From contig NIVC01000292.1 of assembly GCA_002269645.1 (NCBI GenBank), positions 620,001 through 684,000 of the forward strand: a DNA stretch of 64,000 bases, written 5' to 3'. The stretch's first letter is position 1. The number at the start of each line of letters is the position of its first letter. This DNA is from Macrostomum lignano. Its lineage: Eukaryota. Shown here one piece after another: positions 27,294 through 39,567 of this stretch. The translations under genes were made by a program, and so were the position numbers. The notes under the pieces are model-generated. The model saw only the letters and a list, made by a program, of their open reading frames with translations. It was not told the DNA's origin and ran no database searches.

Positions 27294-27894
27294 GTAAACC
27301 CTCATCCCCACCCCACTGCCAAGGCCTTCTTATCATCAAGGAAGTCTGTAAAGCTTTGAGAGTAAAACCGTTCAGCTACAGGGGAGCTCATCCTATAGCG
27401 ATTCAACACGGAAGCGAACCAACCCAGCAGAACTCCAGCACTCGAAGGCTGAGGGATTATCCGCAGTTATTGTTTATCCAGTCATAAAAACGGCCACAGC
27501 TATGCTTGGAATAAACGTCACGAACAAGACCTCCCTAATGGTGAGTCATCAGTGAGACTGGATCCTCATTGATAATAAATGATATTTTCTATTGAAAGGC
27601 CATAAATTCCTAAGTTAATTGCTTCACCTGTCAGCGATTAACAAAAAAGGATAAGGTGCTTCTGATACGCCTCTGATAGTAAGGCAGGTTCGCTTAACCT
27701 CAGCTCTTATTTATTGATTTCCACGGTCAAGTTGCATTGCCGCCAGCGCTGCAAGTTAAGCAGAGCCGGTTGTGGTTAGTACGCAGATGAATAGGCTTGC
27801 TTCAGGCAGCTGAGCTCCAGTTGAGGCTCGCATTCCTATTCCATAATCCCATATGGTTGCTATGCTGGTTACTGTGCTGCCACCTCACCGACAG

Positions 27895-28018
27895 AGGTAC
27901 CTGGCCCTGCCGCAGCCCGAGGACAAGGTGCAGTGCATGTACATCTGGATTGACGGCTCCGGGGAGAACCTGCGGGCCAAGACTCGAACTGTTGAAACCG
28001 TGCCGAAAGATCCCAAAA
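27895..28018 (+). CDS. GLUL: Glutamine synthetase exon 2
   Basis: [32 protein letters not shown]. Confidence 0.95.
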
Positions 28019-28169
28019 GTGAGCAGTTGAGACTGAGTTGATGAGGCACTCAGGGCTAAAGTACAAAGCTCTTAATTGCTTAGCACGCTTTTTCAGGTGG
28101 CATCGGGCGCTCGGGACTCAGTGAGTTCTCTGATTTCTGTGGCATTGATGAGGCTGGGAGACTGGGGAT

Positions 28170-28725
28170 GGGCAGTGAGTAGAGTGGACATAGGGCAGTG
28201 AGTAGAGTGGGGATGGGGCAGTGAGTAGAGTGGGGATGGGGCAGTGAGTAGAGTGGGGATGGGGCAGTGAGTGGAGTGGGGATGGGCAGTGAGTAGAGTG
28301 GGGATGGGGCAGTGAGTAGAGTGGGGATGGGCAGTGAGTAGAGTGGGGATGGGGCAGTGAGTAGAGTGGGGATGGGGCAGTGAGTAGAGTGGACATGGGG
28401 CAGTGAGTAGAGTGGGGATGGGGCAGTGAGTGGAGTGGGCATGGGGCAGTGAGTGGAGTGGGCATGGGGCAGTGAGTAGAGTGGGGATGGGGCAGTGAGT
28501 AGAGTGGGGATGGGGCAGTGAGTAGAGTGGGGATGGGGCAGTGAGTAGAGTGGGCATGGGGCAGTGAGTGGAGTGGGGATGGGGCAGTGAGTGGAGTGGG
28601 CATGGGGCAGTGAGTGGAGTGGGCATGGGGCAGTGAGTGGAGTGGGCATGGGGCAGTGAGTGGAGTGGGCATGGGGCAGTGAGTGGAGTGGGCATGGGGC
28701 AGTGAGTAGAGTGGGGATGGGGCAG
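28170..28725. repeat. 23-bp G-rich minisatellite (GGGGCAGTGAGTAGAGTGGGGAT)n
   Basis: Direct. Confidence 0.94.
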
Positions 28726-29344
28726 TGCAGAAAGCCAGCCACTCCAGCCAGCCCACAGAAACTGGGTGCCCCCACAAGCCAAGCCAGACTGCAGGCTGAG
28801 TCGGCCTGAGCAGCGGCTCACAAAGGCTGCATCGATCTGTGGGAGCTCACCTGGCAGAGGCTGTGAGAATTCAGAGAGCCCTGCCGCCGGGCTCCTCTGC
28901 ATGAATTGTGCAGGACCGGCGTCTCTCCCACCGCCCTGCCGTCAGGCAGCTCAGCTTGCAGCTCAGTACACTTCAAAGACAGGCGAACTCAGAGACTGAG
29001 ATGCTGTTCCATTCTCACCTTATGATTTTCTCAGATACTTTTGCATTCCACCCAGTGGATTGTGTTTCACACCCAAGTTTTCCCTTTCAGCCTCTCAGCT
29101 TGTATTTGCACTTTTGTTGCTAGGATACCAGTGAGACTGAGACTCAACAGGTGATGCGTGGAAAATGATTCAAAATATGATACTACTTATAAGGAATCTA
29201 AGAAAAGTAGTATACTGGGTAATTCAAGTAGGCCAGCCGACTTGCCTGCCATAAATCATAAGAACAATTAGTAATATGAGAATATTATACATTTAGTATT
29301 GGTGAAATAGCCCACAGCCCCCCTTAGGGGTTCATAAAGTTATC

Positions 29345-30100
29345 TCTACCTATAAAAATCAAAACTCTGTCTGTCTGTGGACAAATTACTTCGCTATGGA
29401 CTCCCAAACCGCTCAACCAAATGACACCAAACTTTACACCCACCCTAAACTTACTACGGAGAATGTCTTAGCCTCTTAGGCTACCTTAAAATTTCCTAAA
29501 TTTGAGTCTTCCCACCTAAAAGTGCAAAAACTGCTCAAAATGCGAGACTTTTTCACTTAATCCTCCATAGCGCCGCTCCACTTCTACCGATCCTCTTCAA
29601 ATTTGACACAGATAATCTTGAACTATTTTGACACAATCGTGTAAAATTTCGATTCTCAAAGTTAATTGCACTTTTAAAGTTAGGCTGTTTTTTTGTCAGC
29701 GAGGCAGCCACCCCAACCCCCCAACCTCCGCCCGCCTGCCTTTCTTTCCCGATCCTGATCTGGGCCCAGATGTGTAAAAGGGGTTTCAAAATTGACTAAC
29801 TTTTGGCTGCCATAAGTTTGCTCCACGTGAAGCCATTAACTTGAAACTTGACACAATTCTTCTTTGACTAATTGTCTGTCTAAATGTAAAGTTTCAACTC
29901 TGTAACTCATTCAGAACAGAAACTGTAAGCATGTGAAGTTTGTCTGCTTTTTCTGTTGTTTGTGCCGCTCACTCACTCATTCCCCCAGCTCAGACGAAGG
30001 GTCAGGCGATAGGGCTCAATGTACATAGCGAGTGTACAGTGTTTTGGAATAACTTTTTAATAACCTTCTCTGTACCCCGCGACCGCGATTAGAGAGGCGT
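29345..30100 (+). mobile_element. Possible non-autonomous Helitron/DINE-like element
   Basis: Starts TCTACCTATAAAA...CTGTCTGTCTGT...CCAAACTTT, reminiscent of DINE-1/HINE 5' ends; 3' end not defined. Confidence 0.3.
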
Positions 30101-30589
30101 GGAGAGGAGAGACAGTTTAGCGAGAGATTCAAACCACTGTCCTCTGTATAGACAAGTCTGCAGCAGTTTAACTGTGGATGGCAAATCAAGAGTCAAGACA
30201 ATGTGGGATGGTTTGTAAAAATAGCGAAAAATAAATGAATAACGACTGATTACAATGCAATTCTACTAAATCAGTTAGTTACAGCATGAAGCTTTTAACA
30301 TTAAAATTCGCGTAAGGTAACTTTAAAATTTAAATGGCCTCCTAAGAAATGCGTATTTCCATGGTTGTTAGACTGCTGCAGACTGTGGTGGTGGAGCTGG
30401 AGATATACAAATTTCTCTCAGGGCTGCTAATTGACCAGAAAGATGACGTGATTAAAGCATGAGAAATGATAACAACCATGATAGTACTACGTCCCACAAA
30501 CTGGCTTTCGAAGCAGGGATCGGCAGATTTTTATCTCAAAGGCCAGATAAAGAATCAAGCTCATGGCTGCGGGCCATATGAGAGTGAAA

Positions 30590-32095
30590 AGGAGAAGGAA
30601 TAAACTATTAGAAAGGGAGGAGGGGCGAGAGGGGATAAAAGAAAAGATAGAAGATAACAGGAGAGACGTACGAGGAGGTTGAGGAGAGAGCAGAGAATAT
30701 GGGACGAAGAAGCGAGAGGAGGGGAGAGAGAAGGGAGAGGAAATAGTAGAGGTGAGAAGATGGCGAGAGAAGAGGGGAGAGATGAGACAGAGGATCGATG
30801 AGAGAGGAGAGTGGAGAAGAGTGAGATGAGAGAACAAAGAGGAGATGAGAGTATCGAGAGGGGGGATTAGAAAGGATAGAGGGGAGGAGATAAGAGGGGG
30901 AGAGACGAGTGAGAAGAGAGAAGATAGAGATGAGAGAGAGAGTTGAGAAAGAAGAGAGGACAAAGGAGAGATGATAGAGTAAAGGGAAGAGGAGGAGAGA
31001 GGAAAGAGATGAGATTGTAGAGATGAGTGAGATGAAAGGAAATATGAGAGAGTAGAGTAGAGATGAGAGATGAAGGTAGAGAGAGCAGAGTGCGGAGAGA
31101 CGAGAAAAGAGAATAGAGGGGAGGGAGTATAGAAGAGGGAAGAGAGAGGAGTAAGGAAAGAGAGGAGTCAGAAGAGGGGAAAGAGAAGAGTACACAATAG
31201 AGAGGAGAGTAGAGATGACAGAAGAGAGAGGGGAATGAGAGAGCAAAGATGAGAGTGAACAGACGATATAAGAGAGGAGAGAGGAGAGTGAGAGAGAAGA
31301 GAGAAGACAAGAGAGGGAGAGAGTATAGAAGAGAGAAGATAAGAGACGAGAAGAAAGAAGAAAGGATCGAGTCCTCCTGAGTCAAAAAGGGGAAAGAGAG
31401 GAGTACAAGGGGAGAGAGGTGAGAGAACATATGAGAGTAAAGATGACTGATAAGAGAGGGGAGATGAGAGAGCAGAAACGAGAGTGAACAGACGAGAGAT
31501 GGGAGAGTAGAGAGAAAAAAGGAGAGATAAGAAATAAGGGATGAGAGGTGTAGACAAGGGAGAGATGAGAAGTGAGTGAGGAGAGAGGAGGGGAAGGGAG
31601 AGAATCGACAGGACAGGGGAAATTGGTGAAAAGGACGAGGGAGGAGAGGAAAGAGGGGAGAGAAGAGAGAGAAGAGAGATAGGATAGGAGAGAGCAGAGA
31701 GATGAGAGGAGAGAGTGGACAGAGGAGAGGAAAGAGTTGAGAGAAGAGAGGAAAAAGGAGAGAGTAGAGATAAGGAACGTGTTGAGAGGGTAGAGTAAGG
31801 AGTGAGAAGAGAGGTGAGGGAAGAGAGAGCAGAGAGCAGAGGGAAGAGAGAGTAGAGAGCAGAGAGAAATGAGAAAAGATAAAACAGGAGAAAGGAGATA
31901 TGAGAGACCAGAGACCAGAGCGAAGAGAGGAGAAGAGAGAGAAAAGAATAGAGGGGAGAGGGAAGAGATGAGAGAAGAGACGAGAAAGGAGAGAAGAAAG
32001 AAGAGATAAGAGGGGAGAGAGAGAAGAGACGAGAGAGAAGATAGGAAACAGAAAAGAAGATGGAAGTTTCAAAGGATGCAAAGGACATAGGGAGA
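30590..32095. repeat. 1.5-kb polypurine (GA-rich) low-complexity tract in GS intron 2
   Basis: Plus strand almost exclusively A/G; minus-strand S/L/P/F ORFs are compositional artefacts. Confidence 0.95.
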
Positions 32096-32461
32096 GGCAG
32101 AGGTACGTAGAGGCCAGAGTTTGCCTGACATTCTGCGCAGCACCCCAGCCAACAATATCAATGTTTGCCTCAAATCCTAATTTTACATGAATGTACACTA
32201 TTTTATGTTTAACTCTATCCTATAACAAGGGAACAAGTTTTTGTTTAAGTTTTACCTCGATTTTAGAATACATGCAAAAATAATTCCGGGGAATGGAGTT
32301 CCCCGGGTTCAAAATCCGCGGGTTTCAACAGCTTGTATATAATAATTTCTGCACCTTGTTACAGAATGGAAATGATACTAAATATGTGTAGACATACATC
32401 AACTTCCCAAATTATCCCATGAGTGCACTCGCACCTAAATTCACTCCCCGAGCTCCCGCAG

Positions 32462-32910
32462 ACCTGCCCATCTGGAACTTCGATGGCTCCAGCACGGGCC
32501 AGGCGGAGGGCCAGAACTCTGACGTCATGCTGCACCCCGTGGCGCTGTTCAGCGACCCGTTCCGCGGCGGCTCCAACAAGCTGGTGCTGTGCGAGACCTG
32601 CGGCCACGACGGCGAGCCGCTGCCCAGCAACAAGCGGCGCACCTGCCAGCAGGTGATGGAGCAGGCCAAGGAGTTCAAGCCCTGGTTCGGCATCGAGCAG
32701 GAGTACACCATGCTGGACACCGACGGGCACCCGTTCGGCTGGCCCAAGAACGGCTTTCCCGGGCCGCAGGGTCCCTACTACACCGGGGTCGGGGCCCGCA
32801 ATGTCTACGGCAGGGATGTGGTGGAGTCTCACTACCGGGCCTGCATGTACGCTGGGGTGAAGATTGCCGGCACCAATGCTGAGGTCATGCCGGCTCAGTG
32901 GGAGTTTCAG
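32462..32910 (+). CDS. GLUL: Glutamine synthetase exon 3
   Basis: [41 protein letters not shown]. Confidence 0.98.
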
Positions 32911-32944
32911 GTGAGCTGCTGTGGCATTTTGCTTGATTTTCTGA

Positions 32945-33207
32945 CATTTTTCTTGATTGTCTGACATTCTGCTTGATTGTCTGACACCCTGCTTGATTGT
33001 CTGACATTCTGCTTGATTGTCTAACATTCTGCTTGATTGTCTGACACCCTGCTTGATTGTCTGACACCCTGCTTGATTGTCTAACATTCTACTTGATTGT
33101 CTAACATTCTGCTTGATTGTCTGACAACCTGCTTGATTGTCTAACATTCTGCTTGATTGTCTGACAACCTGCTTGATTGTCTGACACCTTGCTTGATTGT
33201 CTGACAC
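32945..33207. repeat. 20-bp minisatellite (TGCTTGATTGTCTGACATTC)n
   Basis: ~13 units. Confidence 0.93.
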
Positions 33208-33354
33208 CCTCCTGGTCCCTGAAACACATTGGCGATTTCCAGTTAGAGTGAACTGCAAGAGAAATGAAAATCCCTTCTGCCCTACTCAAACAGTGGCGGG
33301 CAGTAGTTCGTACCGCACACTCACACAGACAGCCGACCCAAACCCCGCCGCCAG

Positions 33355-33682
33355 GTCGGTCCCTGCGAAGGCATCGACATGGGCGACCACCTGTGGCTCG
33401 GCCGCTTCCTGCTGCACCGGGTCGCCGAGGACTTCGGCGTCGCCGTCTCCTTCGACCCGAAGCCGATGCCGGGCGACTGGAACGGCGCCGGGGCGCACAC
33501 GAACTTCAGCACGCTGCAGATGCGCCAGCCCGAGGGCATGAAGGCCATCATCGAGGGCATCGAGAGGCTCGGCAAGCGGCACGCCGCCCACATCCGCGCC
33601 TACGACCCGCACGGAGGCGCCGACAACAAGAGGCGGCTCACGGGGCTGCACGAGACCTCCAGCATCGACGACTTCAGCTACG
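33355..33682 (+). CDS. GLUL: Glutamine synthetase exon 4
   Basis: [47 protein letters not shown]. Confidence 0.98.
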
Positions 33683-33685
33683 GTG

Positions 33686-34610
33686 TGGGATCTGGATCTG
33701 GGATCTGGGATCGGGATCTGGGATCGGGATCTGGGATCGGGATCTGGGATCGGGATCTGGGATCGGGATCTGGGATCGGGATCTGGGATCGGGATCTGGG
33801 ATCGGGATCTGGGATCGGGATCTGGGATCGGGATCTGGGATCGGGATCTGGGATCGGGATCTGGGATCGGGATCTGGGATCGGGATCTGGGATCGGGATC
33901 TGGGATCGGGATCTGGGATCGGGATCTGGGATCGGGATCTGGGATCGGGATCTGGGATCGGGATCTGGGATCGGGATCTGGGATCGGGATCTGGGATCGG
34001 GATCTGGGATCGGGATCTGGGATCGGGATCTGGGATCGGGATCTGGGATCGGGATCTGGGATCGGGATCTGGGATCGGGATCTGGGATCGGGATCTGGGA
34101 TCGGGATCTGGGATCGGGATCTGGGATCGGGATCTGGGATCGGGATCTGGGATCGGGATCTGGGATCGGGATCTGGGATCGGGATCTGGGATCGGGATCT
34201 GGGATCGGGATCTGGGATCGGGATCTGGGATCGGGATCTGGGATCGGGATCTGGGATCGGGATCTGGGATCGGGATCTGGGATCGGGATCTGGGATCGGG
34301 ATCTGGGATCGGGATCTGGGATCGGGATCTGGGATCGGGATCTGGGATCGGGATCTGGGATCGGGATCTGGGATCGGGATCTGGGATCGGGATCTGGGAT
34401 CGGGATCTGGGATCGGGATCTGGGATCGGGATCTGGGATCGGGATCTGGGATCGGGATCTGGGATCGGGATCTGGGATCGGGATCTGGGATCGGGATCTG
34501 GGATCGGGATCTGGGATCGGGATCTGGGATCGGGATCTGGGATCGGGATCTGGGATCGGGATCTGGGATCGGGATCTGGGATCGGGATCTGGGATCGGGA
34601 TCTGGGATCT
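33686..34610. repeat. 13-bp minisatellite (GGGATCTGGGATC)n, ~70 copies, fills GS intron 4
   Basis: Direct; gives the 13-aa [13 protein letters not shown] periodicity. Confidence 0.98.
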
Positions 34611-34638
34611 GAAGTCCGCATCCTCAAAACCCCCACAG

Positions 34639-34793
34639 GCGTGGCGCACCGCGGCTGCTCCATCCGCATCCCGCGGCAGTGCAGTGATGACGGCTGCGGC
34701 TACCTGGAGGACCGGCGGCCGGCCTCCAACTGCGACCCCTACTGCGTCACCGAGATGCTGGTGCGCACCGTCTGCCTGAACGAGTCCGGCTGA
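34639..34793 (+). CDS. GLUL: Glutamine synthetase last exon
   Basis: [28 protein letters not shown]; the 5-exon CDS sums to 1170 nt (389 aa). Confidence 0.97.
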
Positions 34794-35065
34794 CACGCCA
34801 GGGACAACAGAGCTGCTGTTTTGCGGACAAAAGTGAACAGAAAGAATTCTCGTCTTATAAAACTGAGCACAATTCACTCAATGTAGATCCGAGCTTGCAG
34901 AACTTTGCACTTTCCCTGTCAATCTACGCTTGTATGAGCAATCAATCGATCAGGTTCCGTTGATTCAACTAAAATCAGTTGATATCAAGATACTTTAATA
35001 AATACACCGCACTTAATAGAACTATCTAGCAACTAACTAACTAACTACGTGTAACTAACATGTAG

Positions 35066-35650
35066 TTAGCACTTGATGCTGAAGTCGTAGGCCATCAGCC
35101 TGTCTGCTCTGTGCCCGGTGCCGGGGCTGCTCAGCAGAGCAGCCAACGCCCGGTGGTCCGTCTGGAGCTCGAACTTTCGGCCGAATAGGCTGAAATTCCA
35201 TCGTTCGCACGCGAAGATGCACACCAGAGCTTCGCGCTTGGAGGCGGAGTGCTTGCGTTCTGCCGCGCTCAGCGTTCTTGAAGCGAAGGCCACGGGGCGG
35301 CAGTTGCCGAGCTCCTCTTCTTGGGCGAGGACTGCACCGGCTGCTGTGGCTGAGCTGTCACAAGAACTTCAGGCATGGGGGCGACACGATCAGCGACTTC
35401 AGAGCCTCAAATGCTTGCGAACGCGAAGGCGCGTCCTTCCGCAGAAGCTGCAGCAGAGACTCCGCCACCGTCGACAGAATGTCCAGAAAGTGGCCACAGA
35501 ACTGCACCATGCCGACAAACGAGGCGACCTCCTTCTGGCACTTTGGACTCTTGATGCTCGTGATGGCGTCCACGTTGAATGTGATCGATCGGAGCCCTCA
35601 CTGCTGAGAATAGCCGAGGAACTCCACGCGGTCTCTGGCCCTCTGGCAAT
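35066..35650 (-). pseudogene. Degenerate Ty3/Gypsy pol relic (RT connection + RNase H)
   Basis: FVGMVQFCGHF, AFASRTLS, REALVCIFACERW, FELQTDHRAL, broken across frames. Confidence 0.85.
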
Positions 35651-36245
35651 TCTCTGTTTAGTCAAATCGCTGCTCCAAGAATTGCACGGAAACCCCAAAC
35701 CAGCTACTGACAGTAGAAACGAAAGCAAAAGCTTGTCAACCGTGCAGACTCAGTCAGAAATTGCACAAAATGTCATCAGAAACTCGGTGACAAAAACATC
35801 ACGCGCTGCCCCGGTGCCCAGAGCTGGGGTGGCTGCTCGCACAGACAGGCAGGCGGGTGGCCTTCAATCTCTCTCTGCAGTCTCTCACAGTGCCTGCGAA
35901 CTTCTGTTTTGCACCACGCCACCTGAGTGCATCGCCCCACCTCTGTGCTCGAGCCCTCCGAGTCTCCGAGCCCAGACTGCAGCCCCAGAACAATGGGGCT
36001 CTCCGGCCCCCTCACCGCCCCCGCCCTGCGGCTCTAAGGTGGGCGGCAGCTCGAGTCTCAACTGTTGCCATGGTGACCGGGCAGATGGGGCAGGTGAGGC
36101 TTTACTAATTGCTGCTGCAGGTGCAGCTGGGCTGGGGAGGGCAGCTGCGCTTTTATGACTGTTTTGTAAATTCTCAGCTGCTGCGACCTGCCTGCTCAGA
36201 AAGTGCAAAGTAAAGAGTTGGACTGCTTTGTGGCATCAGCCTGCC

Positions 36246-37020
36246 TGTGCTGTCTCCCTCTGCTGTCTCCCTCTGCTGTCTCCCTCTGCTATCTCCCTCT
36301 GCTGTCTCCCTCTGCTGTCTCCCTCTGCTGTCTCCCTCTGCTGTCTCCCTCTGCTGTCTCCCTCTGCTGTCTCCCTCCGCTGTCTCCCTCTGCTGTCTCC
36401 CTCTGCTGTCTCCCTCTGCTGTCTCCCTCTGCTGTCTCCCTCTGCTGTCTCCCTCTGCTGTCTCCCTCTGCTGTCTCCCTCTGCTGTCTCCCTCTGCTGT
36501 CTCCCTCCGCTGTCTCCCTCTGCTGTCTCCCTCTGCTGTCTCCCTCTGCTGTCTCCCTCCGCTGTCTCCCTCCGCTGTCTCCCTCTGCTGTCTCCCTCTG
36601 CTGTCTCCCTCCGCTGTCTCCCTCTGCTGTCTCCCTCCGCTGTCTCCCTCTGCTGTCTCCCTCCGCTGTCTCCCTCTGCTGTCTCCCTCTGCTGTCTCCC
36701 TCTGCTGTCTCCCTCTGCTGTCTCCCTCTGCTGTCTCCCTCTGCTGTCTCCCTCTGCTGTCTCCCTCTGCTGTCTCCCTCTGCTGTCTCCCTCTGCTGTC
36801 TCCCTCTGCTGTCTCCCTCTGCTGTCTCCCTCTGCTGTCTCCCTCTGCTGTCTCCCTCTGCTGTCTCCCTCTGCTGTCTCCCTCTGCTGTCTCCCTCTGC
36901 TGTCTCCCTCTGCTGTCTCCCTCCGCTGTCTCCCTCTGCTGTCTCCCTCTGCTGTCTCCCTCTGCTGTCTCCCTCTGCTGTCTCCCTCTGCTGTCTCCCT
37001 CTACTGTCTCCCTCTACTTT
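36246..37020. repeat. 13-bp minisatellite (TGCTGTCTCCCTC)n, ~59 copies
   Basis: Direct. Confidence 0.97.
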
Positions 37021-37506
37021 CCGCTCGTGTCTGTGCCTGCAGTTGCCATGGACAGAAGGGGATAAAAGAATAAATATATGAGGCGAGATAAAACCAAATG
37101 GAAAGTTTCAAACATAAAAATATATTTCAAATCGGTGCCAAACAGGTTGAATATAAAAATTTTCCTCATCTTCATCATTTGGAAATGAAATCGGGGAATT
37201 CGGCAGACCGGGGCAGCGGGAAAATCCAAGGCTCTGGAGAAGCAGCCGAGAGTTTTGCTGAGCTCTGCTCAGGCATTCTGGGATAAATTGGTTGCTTATG
37301 GAACTGGGATTTGCATGCAAACTTTATAGCTCAGTCGGGTGCACAAGAAGTACTGAAGATTGCATAAAGGTTTAATGGGGTTAGCGATCTGCATCTGAAT
37401 ATTAAATAAATAATTGTGTTAATTTAAGCCACTGTATGGGAGCCCAGCTCAGTGAGTGGCACACTTTGGATACACGGCAACATGAGGGCTTATCTTAGAG
37501 TACTTC

Positions 37507-37996
37507 TGTCACTGACTCATGCCAATCTGTCACTGACTCATGCCAATCTGTCACTGACTCATGCCAATCTGTCACTGACTCATGCCAATCTGTCACTGAC
37601 TCATGCCAATCTGTCACTGACTCATGCCAATCTGTCACTGACTCATGCCAATCTGTCACTGACTCATGCCAATCTGTCACTCACTCATGCCAATCTGTCA
37701 CTCACTCATGCCAATCTGTCACTGACTCATGCCAGTCTGTCACTGACTCATGCCAATCTGTCACTGACTCATGCCAATCTGTCACTCACTCATGCCAATC
37801 TGTCACTCACTCATGCCAATCTGTCACTGACTCATGCCAATCTGTCACTGACTCATGCCAATCTGTCACTGACTCATGCCAATCTGTCACTCACTCATGC
37901 CAATCTGTCACTGACTCATGCCAATCTGTCACTGACTCATGCCAAACTGTCACTGACTCATGCCAGTCTGTCACTGACTCATGCCAATCTGTCACT
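37507..37996. repeat. 21-bp minisatellite (CACTGACTCATGCCAATCTGT)n, left part (continues at 48569-48697)
   Basis: Array split by the LTR element at CACT. Confidence 0.96.
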
Positions 37997-38853
37997 TGTA
38001 GAGTGTTCTACCTCCCGTTAAAAAAAGGAAAAAAGAAGATAATCGTATAATACTACTATAAGTAAGTAAGTACACGCATGTGCGCCTAAGCTTTGAATGA
38101 ATCACGCTACCAGAAAAAGATGTTACCAGAATAATACGCCATGAGCCATTTTCCCCTTTTAGCGCAACACGTGAATTGTCATGATACTATTTTGGATCAA
38201 AAACTTGTCTATAAATACAAGCGATCTGAAGCGGTACCGGAGCCATTCTCCCCACGGAAGAGGAGCGCTCCGAAGAGGAAGCCTTAGGAGGACTTCCTGA
38301 TATACCAAGTCAATCGAGACTCGGTCGAGTTGTTGCGGTAAGCCTTCCTTATTTGCGCCGTTGTGTTAGAGACGTCTCGCTCAAGTCTATTGAGACTTGA
38401 GTCTATTTGAGTCTGTTGAGACTCTTGAGTCTGTTTAGACTCCATTGGTTGCAGTCTCCAGAAGGACTGCCCCTGATAGATCTTAGAGGACTATCAGTGG
38501 TTTCCGGAGCTATACCTAGAGTGCATAGAGGCACTGCTCGAAGAAGGAGGCTTAATTTAGACCGCAGTTTGGCGCAGGGATCCCTTTGTTAATTCGGAAG
38601 CTTCCCATTGGTCCGAGCGACAGAATCCGGCCGGAACTATTTGAAGAAGAAAGAAGAATCGGACCCGATCTACAAACGAAAGTCAGAAGTGACTATACGA
38701 GAGCAACTGAAGACAATCGAGAACTACTCCGAGAGATCTCCAAAGGACTCAAGGTAATTGAATACCTTCTGTTGACTTACTGGGTTGCCTAGCTGCTGAG
38801 CTAGAAGTGATTGTTCCTTGATTATCGAAAGTCGGGTAATAAGGAACACATCA
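37997..38853 (+). repeat. 5' LTR (857 bp), TATAAAT at 38210
   Basis: Matches 47713-48568 except one A in a homopolymer, as far as can be seen by eye. Confidence 0.97.
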
Positions 38854-39567
38854 ATTGGTGATCTCGCCCTCTCGGCACTACTCAAACTTTGAGCAATAGC
38901 CCTGATCAAGCTATTGTAAAGTGACGACAGAGCGACTTCATTAATTTTGCGCGCACGTGTTAGAGTTAACACTTTTCAAGTCCGTACGTTTTGAAACTCG
39001 AGTAAAAAATTTTGGTGTACAGGTTTGAGCACCTGTCAAATTTGAGTACTGTTTGAGCACGCGTGTTAAAATTTTGTTTTGACGAGCTCGAGCAAGTGTG
39101 AGTTAAAATAAAACCGAAATTAAATTCATCGGTACACTGAAAACAAACCGAAAATAAAAGAATCGTCGACGCAAAACAAACAAAAAAATAACGGAAACAT
39201 TTTGCCGGCACAAAAAACTAAAACTGAAATTAATTGAAACTTCGTGGAGAGCGGAGTTAATTGACAAAAGAGAGAGAGTCAAAGAAGAGAAAAAGACTTT
39301 GCAAAACAAGAAGACAAAGCCCACTTCAACTTGAAGATACACTTTGCGGGACGCCGCATAAGTGCGAAATCAGCAAGCGAACAGAACAAGTTCATTTGAG
39401 GACAACCAGTGGCAGCAAGCCACACCGCATCCGAGGCCAGCGAATAACAAATCGACACCACAAGACAATTCGTTACAGTCGAGGTTTATTCCGAGGCAAA
39501 CACCACACTGGACGATCCGTTACAAATCGATCCAGATCTTAAACTACCGTTCTATCCTATCAACAAC

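Noticed and set aside
28080-29000. Nested minus-strand exons in GS intron 2
   Set aside because: Splice-like signals exist, but the translations are unrecognisable and overlap a minisatellite
38407-38792. Short ORFs and an AAG|GTAATT donor inside the LTR (also at 48122-48507)
   Set aside because: No recognisable domain, no ATG start, and no convincing acceptor before the RING ORF; kept only as something to check in RNA-seq
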